Virus record (IMG/VR): IMGVR_UViG_3300034524_000081
Span: 1 to 52,796 of that record
DNA: 52,796 nt
Direction: 5' to 3' (one strand)
From: a virus
Taxonomy: Duplodnaviria; Caudoviricetes
The notes below the pieces were generated by a model that was not told where the DNA came from, did no database searches, and was given only the letters and a program-made list of their open reading frames with translations. Both the position numbers and the translations under genes were made by a program. Numbering within the stretch: the stretch's first letter is position 1; each line of letters begins with the position of its first letter. Positions 28,635-37,794 of this stretch are shown piece by piece.

Positions 28635-29033
28635 ATGACTTCTTATGAAAAAGAAATTCGATTAAGAATAGGGCATTTAAAACATTTAATACCGGTGTTT
28701 TCAGATACCTATAACATTTCACGAAGGGTAAGGCAGTACGACAAATCCATATTTATAGTTTTTAACACAAAAACGCAAAAATATGAAATCCATTCGCTTG
28801 AAAACAAAGGTTATACTCATTGCGCTACTATCCCTTATAATCAATTAGATGCAAGGGTTGAAATAATATTAAGACAGGGCGATATACGTAATCGGGGCTA
28901 TGAGATATGGCGTGAAATGGAGAGGCATAACGAAAGGCTTGAAAAACAGCAGGAAGAAGCATGGCGCAGAGAAATGAGAGCAATCATAGCAGATACGAGG
29001 CCATTATTTGCCAAGGCTTCATGGGAGATTTGA
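28635..29033 (+). CDS. Hypothetical virion/assembly protein
   Basis: Position after capsid gene; RBS. Confidence 0.65.
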   Translation: MTSYEKEIRLRIGHLKHLIPVFSDTYNISRRVRQYDKSIFIVFNTKTQKYEIHSLENKGYTHCATIPYNQLDARVEIILRQGDIRNRGYEIWREMERHNERLEKQQEEAWRREMRAIIADTRPLFAKASWEI

Positions 29034-29081
29034 TTTATAGAGATTTAATTCAAGAATTTAAATAAAAAGGAGGCATGAAAC

Positions 29082-29609
29082 ATGCCTATTTTGGCTTCCG
29101 AAATAAAATTTTACTTAACGGGTGGTGCAACAAACACCGATCCTAATGCAAGTTTGGGCGGAGTAATAAGCTCAAGCGAAATACCTAGCGGAGAGCTTAA
29201 CAATATATTTGATGATGTAACAGGCGATGAATCGGCCGTAGGAGATACCGAATATAGATGTATAGCCGTAAAAAATACTAATGTTTCGTTGACTTTAAAA
29301 GCGTCTAAAATCTGGATATTGTCGAATACCACTTCTCCTAATGATGAAGTCGAAATAGGAGTTGAAACCCCTGTAGGCGACGCAGTTCAGACCGTAGCAA
29401 ATGAAGGTACATCTCCAACAGGTATAACATTTGCTAAACCGACTGATAAAGCAAATGGTTTTGATTTGACAGGAGAAGGTAACAATGTGGGTGAAATAGG
29501 TCCGGGTAAATGGGTAGCAATATGGATAAAAAGAGTTGTTCAGGCAGGAGCAGCAGCAAAAGATAATAATACTTTTGAATTGCAGGTTGAAGGTGATTCA
29601 AACGAATAG
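29082..29609 (+). CDS. Putative structural protein (beta-rich)
   Basis: AGGAGG RBS; SLGG...DDVTGDES...YRC...WIKR. Confidence 0.65.
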   Translation: MPILASEIKFYLTGGATNTDPNASLGGVISSSEIPSGELNNIFDDVTGDESAVGDTEYRCIAVKNTNVSLTLKASKIWILSNTTSPNDEVEIGVETPVGDAVQTVANEGTSPTGITFAKPTDKANGFDLTGEGNNVGEIGPGKWVAIWIKRVVQAGAAAKDNNTFELQVEGDSNE

Positions 29610-29618
29610 AGGTGAAAG

Positions 29619-30857
29619 ATGATGTCCGCAAGTTATCCTAATGCGATAAAAACTTTTACCGTTAAGCAGGATGGTGTAGATGATGTAATGGCAGATCATG
29701 TTAATGCTTTGCAGTATGAAATTACTGCGATAGAGACTGAACTAGGGACTAACCCTAAAGGAGACAAAGCAGATGTAAAAACGAGATTAGATGCTATTGA
29801 AAATAGTATTGATGATTTAGCAGGTGTAAACAGAACTACCGAAACTGTAAAAGGGAACGCTGATGCACTTGTTGCACATTCGGCTAATGCTGTGCTAGAC
29901 CACCCTGACGGCTCTGTAACTGACACCAAAATCGGTAACCGTACAGCCGACCAAACACAGGCACCGATAGGTTCGACCGGAACACTTACACAACTGTTAT
30001 CATGGGTGGTAAATCGGATAAAGGCCATCACCGGTAAAACAAACTGGTACGACGCACCGGACACGACATTGGCGGCGGCGAAGAACCACATAGATGCCGC
30101 CGCGCCTCATTCGGGGCATGAAACCCCCGCAGGTGCGCAGGGGAAGGTGGATGCTCATAATCAAACACGGAAAGCTCACGGTATAGGGTATGCTGCTAGT
30201 ATAACTGCTGCAGGCTGGTATAGGATAGCAAGCAACGGCCCTGTAGCTGCTGGGAGAACTGGTGGGAATAGGGCATTTGCGAAGTTTACAGTTCAGGACA
30301 AAACTAGCGGTCGGCACAAGGCGATAGTATTCTATGCAGGTTACCATTACGGTAACCAGCCAACAATAGTACTGCTTGGTAACTCTAAGTACGGTGGCAC
30401 TGGTCGAATTACAAAAATAAGACTTATAGAAGGTTCGACTTATGAGGGCGCGGCTGTGGAAGTGTACATCGATGGTAGTGCTACTGTAGAGTTCCAGATT
30501 ACCGAAAATTTTCAAGACAATGGATGGATTGCGGTAAACTGGGAAGCTGGTTCTATCCCAACTGGTTTCACTGTTACACAGTTAGACTTAGATACGATAG
30601 GCGACCCCGTTTTTGCAATTGCCTGCGATAATCAAAATAACATGTTTTATGTAGCACGCAACGGAGAGACTTATGTTCAAAATAACAAAATTTGGCACGC
30701 AGGTAATGACTCTACTCTGAAAGCAGCGACACGTCAGCAAACAGACCAACTTAGAGTGGAGGTGGTCAGCTCCTTCCCGACTCATGCTGATGGGCGGATT
30801 ATCGCTCATACGGGTGAAAAGAAGGCATTCGTCAGCATAGGCGGGGAGTGGGTTTGA
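29619..30857 (+). CDS. Tail fibre, N-terminal anchor + shared domain; may extend by +1 frameshift to 31698
   Basis: YPNAI...HVNALQYEITAIETELGTNP anchor, GSVTDTKIG, KIWHAGND fibre motif. Confidence 0.8.
   Translation: MMSASYPNAIKTFTVKQDGVDDVMADHVNALQYEITAIETELGTNPKGDKADVKTRLDAIENSIDDLAGVNRTTETVKGNADALVAHSANAVLDHPDGSVTDTKIGNRTADQTQAPIGSTGTLTQLLSWVVNRIKAITGKTNWYDAPDTTLAAAKNHIDAAAPHSGHETPAGAQGKVDAHNQTRKAHGIGYAASITAAGWYRIASNGPVAAGRTGGNRAFAKFTVQDKTSGRHKAIVFYAGYHYGNQPTIVLLGNSKYGGTGRITKIRLIEGSTYEGAAVEVYIDGSATVEFQITENFQDNGWIAVNWEAGSIPTGFTVTQLDLDTIGDPVFAIACDNQNNMFYVARNGETYVQNNKIWHAGNDSTLKAATRQQTDQLRVEVVSSFPTHADGRIIAHTGEKKAFVSIGGEWV
30156..30710 (+). repeat. 555-bp direct repeat, copy 1
   Basis: No mismatch seen by eye versus 32299-32853; translations identical. 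Confidence 0.9.
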
Positions 30858-31698
30858 CATAGGAGGCATTTCTGAGTTTGATGTGCTTCTGTTAACATAT
30901 TTAGGGTTACCGGCGTGGCCTAAAGGTGGTTCACCGATTACTGGACGTATTAGGATTGAAACCGCTACAGGGTCTGCACAGTTTGCACCTGCTGGGAAAA
31001 CGTGGTTGATTCTTAGTCAAGAACCGACGCAATACTTTTACTGGGATAAGGGTATTTCAAGCTATGCAAGTGGACAGTATCATCCTGGATTTTCTGTAGT
31101 TACTGAAAATCGTGGATCGAATGATGCATATTTTACTGCTATTTCTGGCGCTTCTGTTTTTATATTGGAAATTGATAGACCCGGGTGGATACTTAACTAT
31201 GGTTCCGTACTTTCAGTTCCTATGGGTGTTTTGTCAGCATTATATAATATAGATTCTTCAACAGCAACTTGGCGTTACTGGGGGTTTAACGTAAGTAGTG
31301 CTTTAACGAAAGTTTTCGCGATATACGGAGTACGGGGTGAGTATATTTTTACCCCAATGTGCTTAGCCCACGGAACAATAATGTCCTCCTTACTGGATGT
31401 GTGTTTGGGTGCAATAGAGTTACCTAGCGATTGGCCATTCGTAAGCAATGACTACACTCTTGGTCCAGGAGCTGTACAATCTATAGGAACAATACCATCG
31501 GATGAAATGTGGATAATTACCTTCGGTGCGAGTCAATCTACATGTCAGATATACATTAACGAGCAAACTTATGGTGGGTCATACGGTACCCCTGGTATAT
31601 TAGCTCCACCATCTTCGACAATTGAAATAAAAAATAACTCAACTACTGCTACGTCATATGCTTCTTTAAGAATTTTGAAATTACCGTATAGCTATTGA
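30856..31698 (+). CDS. Tail-fibre tip A (+1 frame continuation of 29619 gene)
   Basis: Frame is open from GAC 30856 (DIGGISEFDVLL...); the track's GTG start is 16 nt from the nearest AGGAGG. Confidence 0.65.
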   Translation, partial: DIGGISEFDVLLLTYLGLPAWPKGGSPITGRIRIETATGSAQFAPAGKTWLILSQEPTQYFYWDKGISSYASGQYHPGFSVVTENRGSNDAYFTAISGASVFILEIDRPGWILNYGSVLSVPMGVLSALYNIDSSTATWRYWGFNVSSALTKVFAIYGVRGEYIFTPMCLAHGTIMSSLLDVCLGAIELPSDWPFVSNDYTLGPGAVQSIGTIPSDEMWIITFGASQSTCQIYINEQTYGGSYGTPGILAPPSSTIEIKNNSTTATSYASLRILKLPYSY

Positions 31699-31722
31699 GT
31701 ATTGTGAAAGGAGGATAATATT

Positions 31723-32073
31723 GTGAAAGTCTGCAGGCTTATTTTCAGAAAAACAACAGGAAGTCTTCTGGTGAGAGTTGTTTATAATAGTTCAAACATC
31801 CCGACTATCGAAGAAGAAATAAACGATTTTGCTATATTAAATGGTTACAATCTTGAAGCACTTACTTGTATTGATATTGATGAAACTGATGAGAGATTCC
31901 AGCAGGCAGTTGATGCGCTTTCTATTACCCTTGGTAATAACGATGAGTTAGTTTTTGAAACTGGGCAGGTTCCAGATGTTTCAGATACAACTACAACAGA
32001 CCCATTATCTGAAATAAATGAGAAACTTGACTTATTGATGCTTATGCAATTAGAAAAAGGGGGAATAGTGTGA
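31723..32073 (+). CDS. Putative tail-fibre accessory/chaperone protein
   Basis: AGGAGG RBS; acidic, C-terminal short coiled coil; follows fibre tip. Confidence 0.6.
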   Translation: MKVCRLIFRKTTGSLLVRVVYNSSNIPTIEEEINDFAILNGYNLEALTCIDIDETDERFQQAVDALSITLGNNDELVFETGQVPDVSDTTTTDPLSEINEKLDLLMLMQLEKGGIV

Positions 32074-32195
32074 TACTTGAAAGCTATGTGTAGGCACTAT
32101 TGAAGTTGATAGAAGCAGGGAAAATCACTGTAGATGACATAAAAAACACTGAGTATAAAACTGAAGTTGAACAGCGTTTGTCTCAAAGCAATTAA
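32070..32195 (+). pseudogene. Small XkdX/CD1375-like tail protein with in-frame TAG
   Basis: MILESYV*ALLKLIEAGKITVDDIKNTEYKTEVEQRL; GTGA overlap and AGGGGG RBS; TAG at 32091-32093. Confidence 0.6.
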
Positions 32196-32208
32196 GGGGT
32201 TGTAATAA

Positions 32209-33234
32209 ATGCGATACATTGAACAGAATAAAAAAGAATTCGACCTCTCCGACATCGGCGCCGAAACCCCGGCAGGCGCACAGACGAAGGTGGATACACA
32301 TAATCAAACACGGAAAGCTCACGGTATAGGGTATGCTGCTAGTATAACTGCTGCAGGCTGGTATAGGATAGCAAGCAACGGCCCTGTAGCTGCTGGGAGA
32401 ACTGGTGGGAATAGGGCATTTGCGAAGTTTACAGTTCAGGACAAAACTAGCGGTCGGCACAAGGCGATAGTATTCTATGCAGGTTACCATTACGGTAACC
32501 AGCCAACAATAGTACTGCTTGGTAACTCTAAGTACGGTGGCACTGGTCGAATTACAAAAATAAGACTTATAGAAGGTTCGACTTATGAGGGCGCGGCTGT
32601 GGAAGTGTACATCGATGGTAGTGCTACTGTAGAGTTCCAGATTACCGAAAATTTTCAAGACAATGGATGGATTGCGGTAAACTGGGAAGCTGGTTCTATC
32701 CCAACTGGTTTCACTGTTACACAGTTAGACTTAGATACGATAGGCGACCCCGTTTTTGCAATTGCCTGCGATAATCAAAATAACATGTTTTATGTAGCAC
32801 GCAACGGAGAGACTTATGTTCAAAATAACAAAATTTGGCACGCAGGTAATGACGGCGCCGGTAGCGGCCTGGATGCGGATACGGTGGATGGGAAACATGC
32901 AAGCGACTTTGGAAGCGTTCCAGAAGGCGCAACCATATACGGCAAAGTCGGATTTTGGGCTCTAGAAGGTGGTTTTGAGATCATCAGCCAATTTGCAAGC
33001 CCGTCAACTGGCCCAGCGAGTTTAGCGTGGGACGGAACATATTTATGGCATGCTGATGATACCGCAGACCAGATTTATAAGCTGAACACATCAGGCACTA
33101 TCATCAGCCAATTTGCAAGCCTGTCAACTGCCCCAGCGGGTTTAGCGTGGGACGGAACATATCTATGGCATGCTGATGTTGCCGCAGCCCAGATTTATAA
33201 AATGGCAGTATATAATTACAAACTAGTAGCATAG
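32209..33234 (+). CDS. Second tail-fibre module: shared domain + tip B, lacking the N-terminal anchor
   Basis: 185 aa identical to 29619 gene; GSGLDADTVDGKHASDF linker; two 40-aa repeats. Confidence 0.8.
   Translation: MRYIEQNKKEFDLSDIGAETPAGAQTKVDTHNQTRKAHGIGYAASITAAGWYRIASNGPVAAGRTGGNRAFAKFTVQDKTSGRHKAIVFYAGYHYGNQPTIVLLGNSKYGGTGRITKIRLIEGSTYEGAAVEVYIDGSATVEFQITENFQDNGWIAVNWEAGSIPTGFTVTQLDLDTIGDPVFAIACDNQNNMFYVARNGETYVQNNKIWHAGNDGAGSGLDADTVDGKHASDFGSVPEGATIYGKVGFWALEGGFEIISQFASPSTGPASLAWDGTYLWHADDTADQIYKLNTSGTIISQFASLSTAPAGLAWDGTYLWHADVAAAQIYKMAVYNYKLVA
32299..32853 (+). repeat. 555-bp direct repeat, copy 2
   Basis: Offset 2143 bp from copy 1. Confidence 0.9.
32980..33200 (+). repeat. Tandem repeat with 120-bp period (two beta-propeller-like blades)
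   Basis: 32980-33080 versus 33100-33200, 7 mismatches by eye; LAWDGTYLWHAD twice. Confidence 0.85.
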
Positions 33235-33239
33235 GAGGG

Positions 33240-33695
33240 ATGAAAATGTATTACAGACTTCAGATTTCAATGGAAGGGAGTAATTTTGTCTATCCTGTTC
33301 CAGATGTTAATAAGATTAAAGGCGTAAAGTACCGTAAGGACATGAAAGAATGTGTTTGTTATTACCCTGAACAAATTTCAGGAGCAGGTATTATAGAAAT
33401 TACCGAAGCACAATATAACCAATACCCGAAATGCAGGATAAATCTTGATAAAACACAAATTCAGAGTGATGGTATTGATACTGCAACTGTTACTGTTTCT
33501 TTACCTGATGTTATTGCAGGAGAACAGGTAAATCTTTATGTAGACGGTGCTTTGGTTGATTTTGCTATTACAGACACAAACCAAGCGACCTTTTAATTAA
33601 CAGCAGACAGTTCGATGGCAGGGGATATACTTGAGATTACTGCCGAAAGCACACATTGGCACATGGGCGAAAAGAAGCTGCTGGAGGTGGTATAG
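33240..33695 (+). pseudogene. Ig-like tail accessory protein with in-frame TAA at 33594-33596
   Basis: Frame continues ...QATF*LTADSSMAGDILEITAES...LEVV* and ends immediately before the next GTG start. Confidence 0.6.
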
Positions 33696-33830
33696 GTGAA
33701 AATAAAGAGGATTAAACAGAATGGCAAGGTGAAACTTTCAAAAGATGTTAGCCTTGAAGAAGTGGTAGCTGAAATACAAGAAATTTTAGAACGAGAAGGA
33801 AAACAAATTAAAAAGAAAGTCAAAATATAA
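33696..33830 (+). CDS. Small hypothetical protein (44 aa)
   Basis: Read manually; GGAGGTGG RBS, GTG start. Confidence 0.55.
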   Translation: MKIKRIKQNGKVKLSKDVSLEEVVAEIQEILEREGKQIKKKVKI

Positions 33831-33860
33831 GGTAATCCCCGCAAAAAGGGGGGTATTCAA

Positions 33861-34712
33861 TTGGCAAAATACGATTCATTTAAATATAGTCAAGATAAGT
33901 ATGGTATAGATGTAATCAAAACAATACAAAGTGATTATAATGTTATTCAAAGAATATCAAAAACACTTGATAGTATTTACAATATAATAGGGTCTTCTGT
34001 AATAAAAACAATAACAGGAATATATAATATAATACAGAACGCCGGTTCTTTTATTCAAAGCAAATATAATATAATGATTTTGATAGATTTAACAACTCGA
34101 TCCATATATAAGATTATAGGAAGAATAATATCTGTTATTAATTTAAAATATAATTTATTGCAGCTTGTAGCAAGTAAATCTAACAAATATGGCGGCTTTA
34201 AATATGGAGCAAGAAGATATGGCCATCCGCCGTTAATACATCAGGTGAGATATGATATTTTAAATAAACTTGATAATATAGAAAAGTTGATTTCAAAATA
34301 TAATATAAAGATTCTTTTAAATAGCATTGTCCAATCAGTATATGATATAAGAAATTTAATCAATACGGTCATTAATGTTTCGTATAATACACTGCAAAAA
34401 GCAGGCCTTTCTGTTCAGAGCAAATATAATGTATTTATTCTTCTCCGACCAATGATGACTGTTAAATATAATATATTACAAAAAATAGACTTTTTCATTA
34501 GAGTCATATATGATGTAAGGATTTTAACAGGGAAAAAGACACTTAATATAACATACAAAATAATACAACGTCTCAAATTCTTATTAACATCATTATACAA
34601 AATGAAACAGGGCTGGTTTACGGATTCGCAGTCTCAAAGTAACTGGACACCGGATCAGTCATCTCAAACAGAATGGCAGGAAGATAACAAATCTGACACA
34701 AGGTGGCGATAA
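33861..34712 (+). CDS. Protein with about 14-aa periodic Y(N/D/K)I repeats
   Basis: DYNVI, IYNII, KYNIM, KYNLL etc. at 14-residue spacing; FKYxxxxYG twice. Confidence 0.65.
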   Translation: MAKYDSFKYSQDKYGIDVIKTIQSDYNVIQRISKTLDSIYNIIGSSVIKTITGIYNIIQNAGSFIQSKYNIMILIDLTTRSIYKIIGRIISVINLKYNLLQLVASKSNKYGGFKYGARRYGHPPLIHQVRYDILNKLDNIEKLISKYNIKILLNSIVQSVYDIRNLINTVINVSYNTLQKAGLSVQSKYNVFILLRPMMTVKYNILQKIDFFIRVIYDVRILTGKKTLNITYKIIQRLKFLLTSLYKMKQGWFTDSQSQSNWTPDQSSQTEWQEDNKSDTRWR

Positions 34713-34713
34713 T

Positions 34714-35307
34714 ATGAAAGCAGGGGAACTTATCGAATGGTGCAATTATATTTACGAAGAAGATATACAGGCAGGAGAACTTAAAAATGAAGATTGGTTT
34801 AGGTTTTTCAAATCGGCTTTTAATGATCCTCGAATATTAAAATATATTAAAATAGATTGGTGGCAGACCACGCCTATTCAAAAAGATGTAGCCGAATATG
34901 GTCTGCCCGAAGAATTTATTAAAGAAAAATATGTAGGCATAGGTGATACAACCGTTCAGGAAAATCTTAAAAGATTAACAAGGTTAAGTCCTTTAGATTT
35001 TACAAATGAGGGGTATAAAATAAAAAATAACAACACAGAAATACAGATTCAGCCCAAACCCACTGAAACCAGTGGGTATTTGCATGTATATATGGATAGA
35101 AAACCCAAATTTATAACTTCAATTGATGATGAAATAGAGATATTTGACCCATACATTTTAGGAGAACATGCTTTATATCAGGCTGAAACAAAAGCAAGAG
35201 CATTTGATTTGGCAAAATACCATTGGAACGAAATGATGGAACGTGCGCAAATCTTGCCGACCATTAAAAGAAATCATCCAAGGCATATATTAAAGCAAAA
35301 CGTGTAA
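34714..35307 (+). CDS. Putative head-tail adaptor
   Basis: Size and position; YGLPEEF...IQIQPKP...Y pattern. Confidence 0.6.
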   Translation: MKAGELIEWCNYIYEEDIQAGELKNEDWFRFFKSAFNDPRILKYIKIDWWQTTPIQKDVAEYGLPEEFIKEKYVGIGDTTVQENLKRLTRLSPLDFTNEGYKIKNNNTEIQIQPKPTETSGYLHVYMDRKPKFITSIDDEIEIFDPYILGEHALYQAETKARAFDLAKYHWNEMMERAQILPTIKRNHPRHILKQNV

Positions 35308-35328
35308 TTAAAGGCCGGGTGATATTTT

Positions 35329-37794
35329 ATGATAACAGTCAACGGATTTTTGGGAGTAGATAAAAAGAATGAAAAAGTCTCTGGTATGCTTCCTAATGCC
35401 AGAAATGTTGATTTTGGTAATCCTATAGGGAGAGCCACAAAAAGGGGCGGTTTATATCAACTCATAGATTCTTTAGGCGCAGGAGGAATTAAAGGCCAGT
35501 TTACCTATAAACATCCTGATGGCGATATTGTTCTTATTGCACATGGGACTAAACTGTATAAACTTATTGGGACTGATGGCGCAATAAATTCGGATTTTAA
35601 TACAGGAACGCATGACAATACGATTGTAGACGCAGGAGTTTTAAAAAATCAGTTAGAAATAGAGGAAATAACCCAAACAGCCCAAACCGATATATTAGAA
35701 ATAACGGAAGGAAAAATGATCAAGCAAACGTTTAAAGTTAACAAGAAATACATAACAGCTATAGGATTAAACGTTGAATCTTTTACACCGGGCGCAAGTT
35801 TGACTATCAAAATAGGTAATACTTCAAAAGCGGTAGAAATAACGCAAACAGGTTGGAATAAAATAATTTTTGATACGCCGGTTGAAAGCAGCGATATTAA
35901 TACTTTGGAAATTACTTCTGACGTTTCGGTTAATATATATATAAATAATGTAAATCCTTATTTGGATGGGGAAGTTTATATTAATGACACAAAATACCCC
36001 GGCACAGATTTAGCTTTCAAGGTTTATACTCATGACGGGCCAAATTCTTCATGGACATCTCCTGTTTACGACCTTCGCAATACGCCTACAGCAAATATAA
36101 TAACAATTGTAAAAAATGTTCCGGCAGGCGCAAGTGTTAAAGTTAAAGTAAGAGGTTCTAGCAATAATTCAGACTGGGGAGAGTGGCAGGAGACCACAGA
36201 AAAACTTCCGATGACGAGGTTTATACAAATAAAAATAGAAGGAGACGCAGGGAATTTTACAACTCAATGGAGTGTAACAAGTTTTACAATATCTTATACC
36301 AGCGGTTATACAAATCCCGTAGAAATATTATCGGGTTTGTCTGGAAATAAAGTAAGATTTGCTGAATGGCAGGAAAAATGTTATTTTTGCGACGGTGTTA
36401 AAAACTATGTTTATGACGGCACAAGCATAAGAGAATTAGGAGTTGATCCTCCTGATACAGCCCCAACGGTTTCGGCTTCAGGTTCGGGAAGTTTTACCGG
36501 AGATTATAAATATAAGGTTACGTTTGTTAATTCTGAACAGCACGAATCAAATCCTTCACCTGCAAGCACAGTTGTTACGGCGAGCAACAATGCTCAATTT
36601 GACTTGAGCAACATACCCACAAAAGCAGGCCATACAAGAAGGCTTTACAGAACGAAAGCAGATATAGATGTTTATTATTATGTAACGGAATTAAACGAAA
36701 CCGACACAACCTACACAGATACAAGACCCGATGATTTGTTGACCCTTGAAATGGAGGAAGATAACGATAAACCGTTAGCCGGAGACATAATAGAGTTTCA
36801 CAAAAATTACATGTTCATAATTCCCCATAACGATAATACTAAACTTTATTACAGCAAAGTAGGCAATCCTGATGCTATGCCGAGTTTGTTTTATAAACAG
36901 CTTCCGGGCAAAACAAATACTATCAAATCTTATTCAGACCAGCTGGTAGCATCAGGAGAACTTTTCACAGTAGCTTTTTCCGGCAGTATTTTTCATAATA
37001 CTGCTATAGATGATACTGTTCAAAGAAAAATATCTAACGTCGGTGCATTGAGCCATGAAGGCGCTGTTGAATGTTTAATGGCGGATGTTGGCGTTGTTTT
37101 AGTTATGCCGACAAGAGAAGGGTATAAATATTTAACTCCTGGCCTGCATGAATTTTCACTTCTTCAAAGGCCGTTTAGTTATGAAGTTAATGATTATTTT
37201 GAAAGATGTATTACGGCAGGCAAGGCTGGCAATATTCAAGCAATAGAACATGAAAATGTTCTTTATATAGCATTGACTTATTACGAAGAAGGAGAAATCC
37301 CTATCGAAGAAAACAATATTATTCTTCCGTTCAATTTACTCACTAAGAAATGGTATGATAGATGGGATATACCCGCAGCAGGTTTTAACAAAATCGGCGG
37401 TATGTTGTTTGTAGGCGACCCTTATAATGGTATAGTTTATGAAATGTTGAAAGGCAGCGATGATGCAGGAAAACCTATACATTATATAGTAGACATTCCT
37501 GTTTATGTAGAACAAAAAACAAAATTTAGACGTATGCGGTTGGTAGTAGGCAAAAATAGCGTAACAGATACTTTGCAGGTTCATCATCAGGTCAATACTT
37601 CAGATAAGACTACCATAACAATGCCAGGTCCTGTATCGGATTGGAATCCTGATATTTTAGGCCATTATAATAATCCTGTAATGAAATCCAAAAGAATGTA
37701 CCCAAAACTCAAAAATGGTTCGTTTTATGTTGCAAGGATTGAGGATAATTCCAAAAATCCTTTTTCTGTTTTTGGGATAGAAATTGAAGGATAG
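35329..37794 (+). CDS. Putative tail nozzle/stabilisation protein with inserted beta domains
   Basis: 821 aa, beta-rich; NARNVDF...KRGG N-terminus; FN3-like YKYKVTFV...ESNPSPAS; LYYSKVGNPD; follows adaptor. Confidence 0.6.
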   Translation: MITVNGFLGVDKKNEKVSGMLPNARNVDFGNPIGRATKRGGLYQLIDSLGAGGIKGQFTYKHPDGDIVLIAHGTKLYKLIGTDGAINSDFNTGTHDNTIVDAGVLKNQLEIEEITQTAQTDILEITEGKMIKQTFKVNKKYITAIGLNVESFTPGASLTIKIGNTSKAVEITQTGWNKIIFDTPVESSDINTLEITSDVSVNIYINNVNPYLDGEVYINDTKYPGTDLAFKVYTHDGPNSSWTSPVYDLRNTPTANIITIVKNVPAGASVKVKVRGSSNNSDWGEWQETTEKLPMTRFIQIKIEGDAGNFTTQWSVTSFTISYTSGYTNPVEILSGLSGNKVRFAEWQEKCYFCDGVKNYVYDGTSIRELGVDPPDTAPTVSASGSGSFTGDYKYKVTFVNSEQHESNPSPASTVVTASNNAQFDLSNIPTKAGHTRRLYRTKADIDVYYYVTELNETDTTYTDTRPDDLLTLEMEEDNDKPLAGDIIEFHKNYMFIIPHNDNTKLYYSKVGNPDAMPSLFYKQLPGKTNTIKSYSDQLVASGELFTVAFSGSIFHNTAIDDTVQRKISNVGALSHEGAVECLMADVGVVLVMPTREGYKYLTPGLHEFSLLQRPFSYEVNDYFERCITAGKAGNIQAIEHENVLYIALTYYEEGEIPIEENNIILPFNLLTKKWYDRWDIPAAGFNKIGGMLFVGDPYNGIVYEMLKGSDDAGKPIHYIVDIPVYVEQKTKFRRMRLVVGKNSVTDTLQVHHQVNTSDKTTITMPGPVSDWNPDILGHYNNPVMKSKRMYPKLKNGSFYVARIEDNSKNPFSVFGIEIEG

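Noticed and set aside
30000-32658. Duplicated minus-strand ORFs 30000..30515 and 32125..32658
   Set aside because: Antisense shadows of the 555-bp repeat in the fibre genes
32980-33200. Possible DGR template/variable repeat pair
   Set aside because: Only 4 of 7 differences are at adenines, both copies are in-frame coding, and no reverse transcriptase is present
21312-33695. Genome-wide stop-codon reassignment explaining the broken genes
   Set aside because: The lesions involve TAG, TGA, TAA and frame changes; all three stops end normal genes; no suppressor tRNA seen
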